From positions 35,027 through 99,026 of the forward strand of contig JAUCBJ010002074.1 in the NCBI GenBank assembly GCA_032718475.1: 64,000 nt of DNA, written 5' to 3'. This stretch comes from Nemertoderma westbladi (taxonomy: Eukaryota > Animalia > Xenacoelomorpha). Shown here in pieces: positions 36,563 to 51,108 of the stretch. Position 1 is the first letter of the stretch; each line of letters starts with the position of its first letter. The notes below the pieces were generated by a model. That model saw nothing but the letters and a program-made list of their open reading frames with translations. It did no database searches and was not told the DNA's origin. Position numbers and translations under genes: made by a program.

Positions 36563-39500
36563 CTAGAAGTAGGACATTGATTTATGAGACTGAGATATGG
36601 TGATGTAGCATCTAGAAGTAGGACATTGATTTGTGAGACTGAGATATGGTGATGTAGCATCTAGAAGTAGGACATTGATTTATGAGACTGAGATATGGTG
36701 ATGTAGCATCTAGAAGTAGGACATTGATTTATGAGACTGAGATATTGTGTTGTAGCATCTAGAAGTAGGACATTGATTTATGAGACTGAGATATGGTGAT
36801 GTAGCATCTAGAAGTAGGTCATTGATTTGTGAGACTGAGATATGGTGATGTAGCATCTAGAAGTAGGTCATTGATTTGTGAGACTGAGATATGGTGATGT
36901 AGCATCTAGAAGTAGGTCATTGATTTGTGAGACTGAGATATGGTGATGTAGCATCTAGAAGTAGGACATTGATTTGTGAGACTGAGATATGGTGATGTAG
37001 CATCTAGAAGTAGGTCATTGATTTGTGAGACTGAGATATGGTGATGTAGCATCTAGAAGTAGGTCATTGATTTGTGAGACTGAGATATGGTGATGTAGCA
37101 TCTAGAAGTAGGACATTGATTTGTGAGACTGAGATATGGTGATGTAGCATCTAGAAGTAGGACATTGATTTATGAGACTGAGATATGGTGATGTAGCATC
37201 TAGAAGTAGGACATTGATTTATGAGACTGAGATATGGTGATGTAGCATCTAGAAGTAGGACATTGATTTATGAGACTGAGATATTGTGTTGTAGCATCTA
37301 GAAGTAGGACATTTATTTATGAGACTGAGATATGGTGATGTAGCATCTAGAAGTAGGACATTGATTTATGAGACTGAGATATGGTGATGTAGCATCTAGA
37401 AGTAGGTCATTGATTTGTGAGACTGAGATATGGTGATGTAGCATCTAGAAGTAGGTCATTGATTTGTGAGACTGAGATATGGTGATGTAGCATCTAGAAG
37501 TAGGTCATTGATTTGTGAGACTGAGATATGGTGATGTAGCATCTAGAAGTAGGACATTGATTTATGAGACTGAGATATGGTGATGTAGCATCTAGAAGTA
37601 GGTCATTGATTTGTGAGACTGAGATATGGTGATGTAGCATCTAGAAGTAGGTCATTGATTTGTGAGACTGAGATATGGTGATGTAGCATCTAGAAGTAGG
37701 TCATTGATTTGTGAGACTGAGATATGGTGATGTAGCATCTAGAAGTAGGACATTGATTTATGAGACTGAGATATGGTGATGTAGCATCTAGAAGTAGGTC
37801 ATTGATTTGTGAGACTGAGATATGGTGATGTAGCATCTAGAAGTAGGTCATTGATTTGTGAGACTGAGATATGGTGATGTAGCATCTAGAAGTAGGTCAT
37901 TGATTTGTGAGACTAAGATATGGTGATGTAGCATCTATAAGTAGGACATTGATTTGTGAGACTGAGATATGGTGATGTAGCATCTAGAAGTAGGTCATTG
38001 ATTTATGAGACTGAGATATTGTGTTGTAGCATCTAGAAGTAGGACATTGATTTATGAGATTGAGATATGGTGATGTAGCATCTTGAAGTAGGACATTGAT
38101 TTGTGAGACTGAGATATGGTGATGTAGCATCTAGAAGTAGGTCATTGATTTGTGAGACTGAGATATTGTGATGTAGCATCTAGAAGTAGGACATTGATTT
38201 ATGAGATTGAGATATGGTGATGTAGCATCTTGAAGTAGGACATTGATTTGTGAGACTGAGATATGGTGATGTAGCATCTAGAAGTAGGACATTGATTTAT
38301 GAGACTGAGATATGGTGATGTAGCATCTAGAAGTAGGACATTGATTTGTGAGACTGAGATATGGTGATGTAGCATCTAGAAGTAGGACATTGATTTATGA
38401 GACTGAGATATGGTGATGTAGCATCTAGAAGTAGGACATTGATTTATGAGACTGAGATATTGTGTTGTAGCATCTAGAAGTAGGACATTGATTTATGAGA
38501 CTGAGATATGGTGATGTAGCATCTAGAAGTAGGACATTGATTTATGAGACTGAGATATGGTGATGTAGCATCTAGAAGTAGGTCATTGATTTGTGAGACT
38601 GAGATATGGTGATGTAGCATCTAGAAGTAGGTCATTGATTTGTGAGACTGAGATATGGTGATGTAGCATCTAGAAGTAGGTCATTGATTTGTGAGACTGA
38701 GATATGGTGATGTAGCATCTAGAAGTAGGTCATTGATTTGTGAGACTAAGATATGGTGATGTGGCATCTATAAGTAGGACATTGATTTGTGAGACTGAGA
38801 TATGGTGATGTAGCATCTAGAAGTAGGTCATTGATTTATGAGACTGAGATATTGTGTTGTAGCATCTAGAAGTAGGACATTGATTTATGAGATTGAGATA
38901 TGGTGATGTAGCATCTTGAAGTAGGACATTGATTTGTGAGACTGAGATATGGTGATGTAGCATCTAGAAGTAGGTCATTGATTTGTGAGACTGAGATATT
39001 GTGATGTAGCATCTAGAAGTAGGACATTGATTTATGAGATTGAGATATGGTGATGTATCATCTTGAAGTAGGACATTGATTTGTGAGACTGAGATATGGT
39101 GATGTAGCATCTAGAAGTAGGACATTGATTTATGAGACTGAGATATGGTGATGTAGAATCTAGAAGTAGGTCATTGATTTATGAGACTGAGATATGGTGA
39201 TGTAGCATCTAGAAGTAGGACATTGTTTTATGTGACTGGGATATGGTGATGTAGCATCTAGAAGTAGGACATTGATTTATGTGACTGAGATATGGTAATG
39301 TAGCATCTAGAAGTACGGCATTGATTTGTGAGACTGAGATATGGTGATGTAGCATCTAGAAGTAGGTCATTGATTTATGAGATTGAGATATGGTGATGTA
39401 GCATCTAGAAGTAGGACATTGATTTGTGAGATTGAGATATGGTGATGTAGCATCTTGAAGTAGGACATTGATTTGTGAGACTGAGATATGGTAATGTAGC

Positions 39501-42158
39501 ATCTAGAAGTAGGACATTGATTTATGAGATTGAGATATGGTGATGTATCATCTTGAAGTAGGACATTGATTTGTGAGACTGAGATATGGTGATGTAGCAT
39601 CTAGAAGTAGGACATTGATTTATGAGACTGAGATATGGTGATGTAGAATCTAGAAGTAGGTCATTGATTTATGAGACTGAGATATGGTGATGTAGCATCT
39701 AGAAGTAGGACATTGTTTTATGTGACTGGGATATGGTGATGTAGCATCTAGAAGTAGGACATTGATTTATGTGACTGAGATATGGTAATGTAGCATCTAG
39801 AAGTACGGCATTGATTTGTGAGACTGAGATATGGTGATGTAGCATCTAGAAGTAGGTCATTGATTTATGAGATTGAGATATGGTGATGTAGCATCTAGAA
39901 GTAGGACATTGATTTGTGAGACTGAGATATGGTAGCATCTAGAAGTAGGTCATTGATTTGTGAGACTGAGATATGGTGATGTAGCATCTAGAAGTAGGAC
40001 ATTGATTTGTGAGACTGAGATATGGTAGCATCTAGAAGTAGGTCATAGATTTGTGAGACTGAGATATGGTGATGTAGCATCTAGAAGTAGGACATTGATT
40101 TATGAGATTGAGATATGGTGATGTAGCATCTTGAAGTAGGTCATTGATTTATGAGACTGAGATATGGTGATGTAGCATCTAGAAGTAGGACATTGTTTTA
40201 TGTGACTGGGATATGGTGATGTAGCATCTAGAAGTAGGACATTGATTTATGTGACTGAGATATGGTAATGTAGCATCTAGAAGTACGGCATTGATTTGTG
40301 AGACTGAGATATGGTGATGTAGCATCTAGAAGTAGGACATTGATTTATGTGACTGGGATATGGTGATGTAGCATCTAAAAGTAGGACATTGATTTATGAG
40401 ACTGAGATATGGTGATGTAGCATCTAGAAGTAGGACATTGATTTATGTGACTGAGATATGGTAGCATCTAGAAGTAGGTCATTGATTTGTGAGACTGAGA
40501 TATGGTGATGTAGCATCTAGAAGTAGGACATTGATTTATGAGACTGAGATATGGTGATGTAGAATCTAGAAGTAGGTCATTGATTTATGAGACTGAGATA
40601 TGGTGATGTAGCATCTAGAAGTAGGTCATTGATTTATGAGATTGAGATATGGTGATGTAGCATCTAGAAGTAGGACATTGATTTGTGAGATTGAGATATG
40701 GTGATGTAGCATCTTGAAGTAGGACATTGATTTGTGAGACTGAGATATGGTAATGTAGCATCTAGAAGTAGGACATTGATTTATGAGATTGAGATATGGT
40801 GATGTATCATCTTGAAGTAGGACATTGATTTGTGAGACTGAGATATGGTGATGTAGCATCTAGAAGTAGGACATTGATTTATGAGACTGAGATATGGTGA
40901 TGTAGAATCTAGAAGTAGGTCATTGATTTATGAGACTGAGATATGGTGATGTAGCATCTAGAAGTAGGACATTGTTTTATGTGACTGGGATATGGTGATG
41001 TAGCATCTAGAAGTAGGACATTGATTTATGTGACTGAGATATGGTAATGTAGCATCTAGAAGTACGGCATTGATTTGTGAGACTGAGATATGGTGATGTA
41101 GCATCTAGAAGTAGGTCATTGATTTATGAGATTGAGATATGGTGATGTAGCATCTAGAAGTAGGACATTGATTTGTGAGACTGAGATATGGTAGCATCTA
41201 GAAGTAGGTCATTGATTTGTGAGACTGAGATATGGTGATGTAGCATCTAGAAGTAGGACATTGATTTGTGAGACTGAGATATGGTAGCATCTAGAAGTAG
41301 GTCATAGATTTGTGAGACTGAGATATGGTGATGTAGCATCTAGAAGTAGGACATTGATTTATGAGATTGAGATATGGTGATGTAGCATCTTGAAGTAGGT
41401 CATTGATTTATGAGACTGAGATATGGTGATGTAGCATCTAGAAGTAGGACATTGTTTTATGTGACTGGGATATGGTGATGTAGCATCTAGAAGTAGGACA
41501 TTGATTTATGTGACTGAGATATGGTAATGTAGCATCTAGAAGTACGGCATTGATTTGTGAGACTGAGATATGGTGATGTAGCATCTAGAAGTAGGACATT
41601 GATTTATGTGACTGGGATATGGTGATGTAGCATCTAAAAGTAGGACATTGATTTATGAGACTGAGATATGGTGATGTAGCATCTAGAAGTAGGACATTGA
41701 TTTATGTGACTGAGATATGGTAGCATCTAGAAGTAGGTCATTGATTTGTGAGACTGAGATATGGTGATGTAGCATCTAGAAGTAGGACATTGATTTATGA
41801 GATTGAGATATGGTGATGTAGCATCTAGAAGTAGGACATTGATTTGTGAGACTGAGATATGGTAGCATCTAGAAGTAGGACATTGATTTATGAGATTGAG
41901 ATATGGTGATGTAGCATCTAGAAGTAGGTCATTGATTTATGAGACTGAGATATGGTGATGTAGCATCTAGAAGTAGGACATTGATTTATGAGATTGAGAT
42001 ATGGTGATGTAGCATCTAGAAGTAGGTCATTGATTTATGAGACTGAGATATGGTGATGTAGCATCTAGAAGTAGGACATTGATTTATGTGACTGGGATAT
42101 GGTGATGTAGCATCTAAAAGTAGGACATTGATTTGTGAGACTTAGATATGGTGATGTA
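36540..42158 (-). repeat. 49-bp satellite, about 115 copies, whose unit spans the intron/exon-4 junction
   Basis: Minus-strand unit tctcataaatcaatgtcctacttctag|ATGCTACATCACCATATCTCAG; the last unit supplies the real acceptor and the first 22 nt of the exon. Confidence 0.98.
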
Positions 42159-42399
42159 CTGCCTAATTATTAATAGTAAGTAATAAGTAATTGTGATGAA
42201 TGTGAAGTGAAATAATGGTTGTTTCACTTAAATGTAATTAATATTAGTGACATTACTCTCTATTTACAACAACAATGAACGAAATTTAATCATATTATGA
42301 TAGCGAAGCCTAACGGCCTTTATTGAGATGACAATATAAAATAGAGAAGAAAAGTGTTTTAACCAATTTATATCTGATATTTAGACGGACCACAGAATT

Positions 42400-43110
42400 C
42401 GGAAGTGCCAAGAGGACATCCTTAATGAGAGACTAGGACCCTGAAACCTGAACTCTGATAACATTAAGGAGCTTATCAATCAGCAGATTGACGACATCAA
42501 TGACGCCGATGCCTGCAGGCAATCATCCCAGGCATGGAAATCGATCAACTTGCTTACTGGGTGGAAAAGCCAACCAACCACCAAGGTTAAGGCTGAATCA
42601 AAAGCCGATCGCCTCAATGGTTGGAATGCCCATTTTGAAAAGCTCCTCAATAATGACAGGGTATTGCGTGATAACTTTATAGAAGTAAAAGTGTCTGAGT
42701 CTGTACTCCCAGATGTATTCATTACTAATATCGTCTTCTAGTGCCACCATCAGATCACTATACCATGGTTCAACGACACTTAGAGTCTACTTCAGATGGT
42801 GTGCCTAGACACTGATCCATTCTAGGTTTTATGGGGAGTCCACCATGGTGACACACTTACACCATTATTGTTCATAATTATGGTGTATTACGCTTTATTC
42901 TACTGCCCTTAGACCAACATCTTGTAGATGGGTTGATGGTAAGACCTTCAACTGGCTTCAGGATTCGAGGAAATACATAGCCAAGTATCTAACTGATCTA
43001 GACTTTGCTGATGACTTAGGAGTACTCTCAGAATCACTAGAGGGAGCCCAACGGCTCCAGCTCATTAGAACATGCTGCTTCTAGTGTTGGTCTTTTATGG
43101 CGGCTCAAAC
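42400..43110 (+). mobile_element. Degenerate RTE-type LINE fragments
   Basis: RLNGWNAHFEKLLN (near 42610); YLTDLDFADDLGVLSESLEGAQRL (near 42985-43060); internal deletions. Confidence 0.7.
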
Positions 43111-43244
43111 CCTAATTCAAAATGGTATTTAACCATAAACATAAGTCATGAATGAGCTACAATCTAGGAAACTTGGAGATATTTTGGACGTACATTTCAA
43201 TTATCCAAAAATCGGACGTATTCTCAACAGTAAGACAATCTCAC

Positions 43245-43564
43245 CTGTCAGTCAAAGGAGTAATAACCAATCTGTCGGTGCATCCGAGAAACTCGTTCAT
43301 ATACCGAAAGGTAACGTCAGTGATACTGACGATGCATTCATCCTCGTCTTCTTTAAAGTAAAACCGCGACTGTTTGAGCCATTCAAAGTCGCCAGGACTG
43401 CGAATATGGAGTTTAACCAGATCGTCGAATATATCCCGTTGATGGACGTGAATTGTGATTAGAGTTTCATATTTGACTCGTTCAAATTTTGTCAATTCCA
43501 ATGTAGTTTGATCTATAAGACTATTGAGAATGTCTAACCATGTTTGATTTGTTGTTTGCATAAT
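43245..43564 (-). CDS. DNAH5: Dynein heavy chain exon 3 in window
   Basis: ctatag|[10 protein letters not shown]...[24 protein letters not shown]...[12 protein letters not shown]...[19 protein letters not shown](R)|gtgaga; 320 bp, phase 0/2. Confidence 0.97.
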
Positions 43565-43707
43565 CTATAGGAAGAAATTTAATGAAATAACTACACATTG
43601 TTTTGTTAGTATTATGTTTGTTACTAATAATTATGTATGGAAATCTCTAATAATCATTGTTGAAAAGCAACAAAAATCAGCTAATCAATGATTGCAAGAT
43701 ACATCGG

Positions 43708-43926
43708 TTCAATTCAATTCAATTCAATTCAACATCCGGCTTTGGGCCCCGGCGGCTTTAATTCGTAAAATGGTCAGACATATATGAGAATATAGAAAGA
43801 TATAAGATGCATAATATACATAATTATAGATGCACTTGGGGGAATTTAGATACAATATAACATAAGGTAGATAAGTATAAAAATAGTTTGTCAAAGTCCT
43901 GCTCAGAAAAAATGACACCCAACCCT
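43708..43926 (-). mobile_element. Probable LINE 3' end with AT-rich UTR, AATTAAA, GC-rich stretch and (TTGAA)n tail
   Basis: Minus strand ...tacgaattaaagccgccggggcccaaagccggatgttgaattgaattgaattgaa. Confidence 0.5.
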
Positions 43927-46900
43927 TATATAAATGGTCGGGTGAGGATAGCATATATAAATGGTCGGGTGAGGATAGCATATATAAATGGTCGGGTGAG
44001 GATAGCATATATAAATGGTCGGGTGAGGATAGCATATATAAATGGTCGGGTGAGGATAGCATAAATAAATGGTCGGGTGAGGATAGCATATATAAATGGT
44101 CGGGTGAGGATAGCATATATAAATGGTCGGGTGAGGATAGCATATATAAATGGTCGGGTGAGGATAGCATATATAAATGGTCGGGTGAGGATAGCATAAA
44201 TAAATGGTCGGGTGAGGATAGCATATATAAATGGTCGGGTGAGGATAGCATAAATAAATGGTCGGGTGAGGATAGCATATATAAATGGTCGGGTGAGAAT
44301 AGCATATATAAATGGTCGGGTGAGGATAGCATATATAAATGGTCGGGTGAGGATAGCATAAATAAATGGTCGGGTGAGGATAGCATAAATAAATGGTCGG
44401 GTGAGGATAGCATAAATAAATGGTCGGGTGAGGATAGCATATATAAATGGTCGGGTGAGGATAGCATATATAAATGGTCGGGTGAGAATAGCATATATAA
44501 ATGGTGGGGTGAGGATAGCATATATAAATGGTCGGGTGAGGATAGCATAAATAAATGGTCGGGTGAGGATAGCATATATAAATGGTCGGGTGAGGATAGC
44601 ATATATAAATGGTGGGGTGAGGATAGCATATATAAATGGTCGGGTGAGGATAGCATATATAAATGGTCGGGTGAGGATAGCATATATAAATGGTCGGGTG
44701 AGGATAGCATAAATAAATGGTCGGGTGAGGATAGCATAAATAAATGGTCGGGTGAGGATAGCATATATAAATGGTCGGGTGAGGATAGCATATATAAATG
44801 GTCGGGTGAGGATAGCATATATAAATGGTGGGGTGAGGATAGCATATATAAATGGTCGGGTGAGGATAGCATATATAAATGGTCGGGTGAGGATAGCATA
44901 AATAAATGGTCGGGTGAGGATAGCATATATAAATGGTCGGGTGAGGATAGCATATATAAATGGTCGGGTGAGGATAGCATATATAAATGGTCGGGTGAGG
45001 ATAGCATATATAAATGGTCGGGTGAGGATAGCATAAATAAATGGTCGGGTGAGGATAGCATATATAAATGGTCGGGTGAGGATAGCATATATAAATGGTC
45101 GGGTGAGGATAGCATATATAAATGGTCGGGTGAGGATAGCATATATAAATGGTCGGGTGAGGATAGCATAAATAAATGGTCGGGTGAGGATAGCATAAAT
45201 AAATGGTCGGGTGAGGATAGCATATATAAATGGTCGGGTGAGGATAGCATATATAAATGGTCGGGTGAGGATAGCATATATAAATGGTCGGGTGAGGATA
45301 GCATATATAAATGGTCGGGTGAGGATAGCATAAATAAATGGTCGGGTGAGGATAGCATATATAAATGGTCGGGTGAGGATAGCATAAATAAATGGTCGGG
45401 TGAGGATAGCATATATAAATGGTCGGGTGAGGATAGCATATATAAATGGTCGGGTGAGGATAGCATATATAAATGGTCGGGTGAGGATAGCATAAATAAA
45501 TGGTCGGGTGAGGATAGCATAAATAAATGGTCGGGTGAGGATAGCATAAATAAATGGTCGGGTGAGGATAGCATATATAAATGGTCGGGTGAGGATAGCA
45601 TATATAAATGGTCGGGTGAGGATAGCATATATAAATGGTCGGGTGAGGATAGCATATATAAATGGTCGGGTGAGGATAGCATAAATAAATGGTCGGGTGA
45701 GGATAGCATATATAAATGGTCGGGTGAGGATAGCATATATAAATGGTCGGGTGAGGATAGCATATATAAATGGTCGGGTGAGGATAGCATATATAAATGG
45801 TCGGGTGAGGATAGCATATATAAATGGTCGGGTGAGGATAGCATAAATAAATGGTCGGGTGAGGATAGCATATATAAATGGTCGGGTGAGGATAGCATAT
45901 ATAAATGGTCGGGTGAGGATAGCATATATAAATGGTCGGGTGAGGATAGCATATATAAATGGTCGGGTGAGGATAGCATAAATAAATGGTCGGGTGAGGA
46001 TAGCATATATAAATGGTCGGGTGAGGATAGCATATATAAATGGTCGGGTGAGGATAGCATATATAAATGGTCGGGTGAGGATAGCATATATAAATGGTCG
46101 GGTGAGGATAGCATATATAAATGGTCGGGTGAGGATAGCATAAATAAATGGTCGGGTGAGGATAGCATATATAAATGGTCGGGTGAGGATAGCATATATA
46201 AATGGTCGGGTGAGGATAGCATATATAAATGGTCGGGTGAGGATAGCATATATAAATGGTCGGGTGAGGATAGCATATATAAATGGTCGGGTGAGGATAG
46301 CATATATAAATGGTCGGGTGAGGATAGCATATATAAATGGTCGGGTGAGGATAGCATATATAAATGGTCGGGTGAGGATAGCATATATAAATGGTCGGGT
46401 GAGGATAGCATATATAAATGGTCGGGTGAGGATAGCATATATAAATGGTCGGGTGAGGATAGCATAAATAAATGGTCGGGTGAGGATAGCATAAATAAAT
46501 GGTCGGGTGAGGATAGCATATATAAATGGTCGGGTGAGGATAGCATATATAAATGGTCGGGTGAGGATAGCATAAATAAATGGTCGGGTGAGGATAGCAT
46601 ATATAAATGGTCGGGTGAGGATAGCATAAATAAATGGTCGGGTGAGGATAGCATAAATAAATGGTCGGGTGAGGATAGCATATATAAATGGTCGGGTGAG
46701 GATAGCATAAATAAATGGTCGGGTGAGGATAGCATATATAAATGGTCGGGTGAGGATAGCATATATAAATGGTCGGGTGAGGATAGCATAAATAAATGGT
46801 CGGGTGAGGATAGCATATATAAATGGTCGGGTGAGGATAGCATAAATAAATGGTCGGGTGAGGATAGCATAAATAAATGGTCGGGTGAGGATAGCATATA

Positions 46901-49900
46901 TAAATGGTCGGGTGAGGATAGCATATATAAATGGTCGGGTGAGGATAGCATATATAAATGGTCGGGTGAGGATAGCATATATAAATGGTCGGGTGAGGAT
47001 AGCATATATAAATGGTCGGGTGAGGATAGCATATATAAATGGTCGGGTGAGGATAGCATATATAAATGGTCGGGTGAGGATAGCATATATAAATGGTCGG
47101 GTGAGGATAGCATATATAAATGGTCGGGTGAGGATAGCATATATAAATGGTCGGGTGAGGATAGCATAAATAAATGGTCGGGTGAGGATAGCATATATAA
47201 ATGGTCGGGTGAGGATAGCATATATAAATGGTCGGGTGAGGATAGCATAAATAAATGGTCGGGTGAGGATAGCATATATAAATGGTCGGGTGAGGATAGC
47301 ATATATAAATGGTCGGGTGAGGATAGCATATATAAATGGTCGGGTGAGGATAGCATATATAAATGGTCGGGTGAGGATAGCATATATAAATGGTCGGGTG
47401 AGGATAGCATATATAAATGGTCGGGTGAGGATAGCATATATAAATGGTCGGGTGAGGATAGCATATATAAATGGTCGGGTGAGGATAGCATATATAAATG
47501 GTCGGGTGAGGATAGCATATATAAATGGTCGGGTGAGGATAGCATATATAAATGGTCGGGTGAGGATAGCATATATAAATGGTCGGGTGAGGATAGCATA
47601 TATAAATGGTCGGGTGAGGATAGCATATATAAATGGTCGGGTGAGGATAGCATATATAAATGGTCGGGTGAGGATAGCATATATAAATGGTCGGGTGAGG
47701 ATAGCATATATAAATGGTCGGGTGAGGATAGCATAAATAAATGGTCGGGTGAGGATAGCATATATAAATGGTCGGGTGAGGATAGCATATATAAATGGTC
47801 GGGTGAGGATAGCATATATAAATGGTCGGGTGAGGATAGCATATATAAATGGTCGGGTGAGGATAGCATATATAAATGGTCGGGTGAGGATAGCATATAT
47901 AAATGGTCGGGTGAGGATAGCATATATAAATGGTCGGGTGAGGATAGCATATATAAATGGTCGGGTGAGGATAGCATATATAAATGGTGGGGTGAGGATA
48001 GCATATATAAATGGTCGGGTGAGGATAGCATATATAAATGGTCGGGTGAGGATAGCATATATAAATGGTCGGGTGAGGATAGCATATATAAATGGTCGGG
48101 TGAGGATAGCATATATAAATGGTCGGGTGAGGATAGCATATATAAATGGTCGGGTGAGGATAGCATATATAAATGGTCGGGTGAGGATAGCATATATAAA
48201 TGGTCGGGTGAGGATAGCATATATAAATGGTCGGGTGAGGATAGCATATATAAATGGTCGGGTGAGGATAGCATATATAAATGGTCGGGTGAGGATAGCA
48301 TATATAAATGGTCGGGTGAGGATAGCATATATAAATGGTCGGGTGAGGATAGCATATATAAATGGTCGGGTGAGGATAGCATATATAAATGGTCGGGTGA
48401 GGATAGCATAAATAAATGGTCGGGTGAGGATAGCATATATAAATGGTCGGGTGAGGATAGCATATATAAATGGTCGGGTGAGGATAGCATATATAAATGG
48501 TCGGGTGAGGATAGCATATATAAATGGTCGGGTGAGGATAGCATATATAAATGGTCGGGTGAGGATAGCATAAATAAATGGTCGGGTGAGGATAGCATAT
48601 ATAAATGGTCGGGTGAGGATAGCATATATAAATGGTGGGGTGAGGATAGCATATATAAATGGTCGGGTGAGGATAGCATATATAAATGGTCGGGTGAGGA
48701 TAGCATATATAAATGGTCGGGTGAGGATAGCATATATAAATGGTCGGGTGAGGATAGCATATATAAATGGTCGGGTGAGGATAGCATATATAAATGGTCG
48801 GGTGAGGATAGCATATATAAATGGTCGGGTGAGGATAGCATATATAAATGGTCGGGTGAGGATAGCATATATAAATGGTCGGGTGAGGATAGCATATATA
48901 AATGGTCGGGTGAGGATAGCATATATAAATGGTCGGGTGAGGATAGCATATATAAATGGTCGGGTGAGGATAGCATATATAAATGGTCGGGTGAGGATAG
49001 CATATATAAATGGTCGGGTGAGGATAGCATATATAAATGGTCGGGTGAGGATAGCATAAATAAATGGTCGGGTGAGGATAGCATATATAAATGGTCGGGT
49101 GAGGATAGCATATATAAATGGTCGGGTGAGGATAGCATATATAAATGGTCGGGTGAGGATAGCATATATAAATGGTCGGGTGAGGATAGCATATATAAAT
49201 GGTCGGGTGAGGATAGCATAAATAAATGGTCGGGTGAGGATAGCATATATAAATGGTCGGGTGAGGATAGCATATATAAATGGTCGGGTGAGGATAGCAT
49301 ATATAAATGGTCGGGTGAGGATAGCATATATAAATGGTCGGGTGAGGATAGCATATATAAATGGTCGGGTGAGGATAGCATAAATAAATGGTCGGGTGAG
49401 GATAGCATATATAAATGGTCGGGTGAGGATAGCATATATAAATGGTCGGGTGAGGATAGCATATATAAATGGTCGGGTGAGGATAGCATATATAAATGGT
49501 CGGGTGAGGATAGCATATATAAATGGTCGGGTGAGGATAGCATATATAAATGGTCGGGTGAGGATAGCATATATAAATGGTCGGGTGAGGATAGCATATA
49601 TAAATGGTCGGGTGAGGATAGCATAAATAAATGGTCGGGTGAGGATAGCATATATAAATGGTCGGGTGAGGATAGCATATATAAATGGTCGGGTGAGGAT
49701 AGCATATATAAATGGTCGGGTGAGGATAGCATATATAAATGGTCGGGTGAGGATAGCATATATAAATGGTCGGGTGAGGATAGCATATATAAATGGTCGG
49801 GTGAGGATAGCATATATAAATGGTCGGGTGAGGATAGCATAAATAAATGGTCGGGTGAGGATAGCATATATAAATGGTCGGGTGAGGATAGCATATATAA

Positions 49901-50146
49901 ATGGTCGGGTGAGGATAGCATAAATAAATGGTCGGGTGAGGATAGCATATATAAATGGTCGGGTGAGGATAGCATATATAAATGGTCGGGTGAGGATAGC
50001 ATAAATAAATGGTCGGGTGAGGATAGCATATATAAATGGTCGGGTGAGGATAGCATATATAAATGGTCGGGTGAGGATAGCATATATAAATGGTCGGGTG
50101 AGGATAGCATATATAAATGGTCGGGTGAGGATAGCATATATAAATG
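43927..50146. repeat. 27-bp satellite, about 230 copies
   Basis: atataaatggtcgggtgaggatagcat with a frequent aaataaat variant. Confidence 0.99.
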
Positions 50147-50269
50147 TTATTATTATAAGCGGTTATTATGTTGTTTATTATTATAATCCGTGAAACTCTG
50201 CTGTACTGTACTGCACTTATTGTAACTGTTGTTATACAAGTCAGCGTGTATTTTAATCAATAATAGGAA

Positions 50270-51108
50270 ATGCGGCGGAATTTACCCAGATACAAGAAAA
50301 GTTAACAAACCTCCTAAAGACGATAAAACAGAAGAAAAACGTGTCAATGGAGAGTGAGCAAGCGTTCAATGAACATCTCACAAAGATGAGCTCCTTGTTT
50401 GTCTGCACAACTGGTGATCAGGCGCAATGCTTCTCCGACTTGGTGAAAGCTAGGAAGGAAACCATCGAAGCGAAAAACGAGATCCTCCAGTTAAAAACTA
50501 ACTCAAATGGGAGCCAACTGAACACCAGATTGACGGACATAAACATACCTCAGACTCAGGCATCATCCGCTTCCTTAAACAACGTGAACATTTCACTAAT
50601 CCATCCATCAAGGCGCAATCCCTTTCGATCATTTCTAAACGCGGGTACACAACTGGACCAGGAGGGAATTCGAGGAGAACCTAACATTGTTCTAAGAGAG
50701 ACAAACCCGCCATCAAATACGCGCACCAGTGCAAGGAGCATAGACACCAGGTTCCGTCGAGGGTGGAAATCCGGAGAAACCCTCCGAGCTAAACAACCAC
50801 ATGTACCTCGGCCATCAAGGAAAGCGCATGTGTACGTGGGCCGAGTCGACGTTTCCATTACCAAAGAACAGTTTGAAGTTTACCTGACAAACGCCGAAGT
50901 ATCTGTTGAAGAAATAATACCGCTGGACGTGGCTGCAGATGCTGCCACAAGATTATTTCACCTTGTCTGTACCCAGGAGAATAGAGATGCGGTAATGGAC
51001 CCGGAAATCTGGGAGGAGGGCATCATTATAGCGAACTATAAACTGACCGGTGTGGACCGCAAACGCTTTGGCCTACGGCCCCGTGTGAGGAATTCCAACG
51101 CCAACTGA
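50270..51108 (+). pseudogene. LINE-B ORF1 (1-nt lesion just after the ATG at 50270; otherwise open to TGA 51106-51108)
   Basis: (M)AAEFTQIQEKLTNLLKTIKQKKNVSMESEQ aligns with LINE-A MADEFLRLQSEVLSLIRNIKSKRGVNANDEQ. Confidence 0.8.

Noticed and set aside
39367-40859. Duplicated dynein exons (CYITISQS peptides)
   Set aside because: Only 22 nt of exon per satellite unit and no matching donor sites, so not a mutually exclusive exon cluster.
43724-50137. 2137-aa ORF (MLSSPDHLY)n and the opposite-strand RIAYINGRV ORFs
   Set aside because: Translation of a 27-bp satellite inside a dynein intron; openness follows from a stop-free unit of length divisible by 3.
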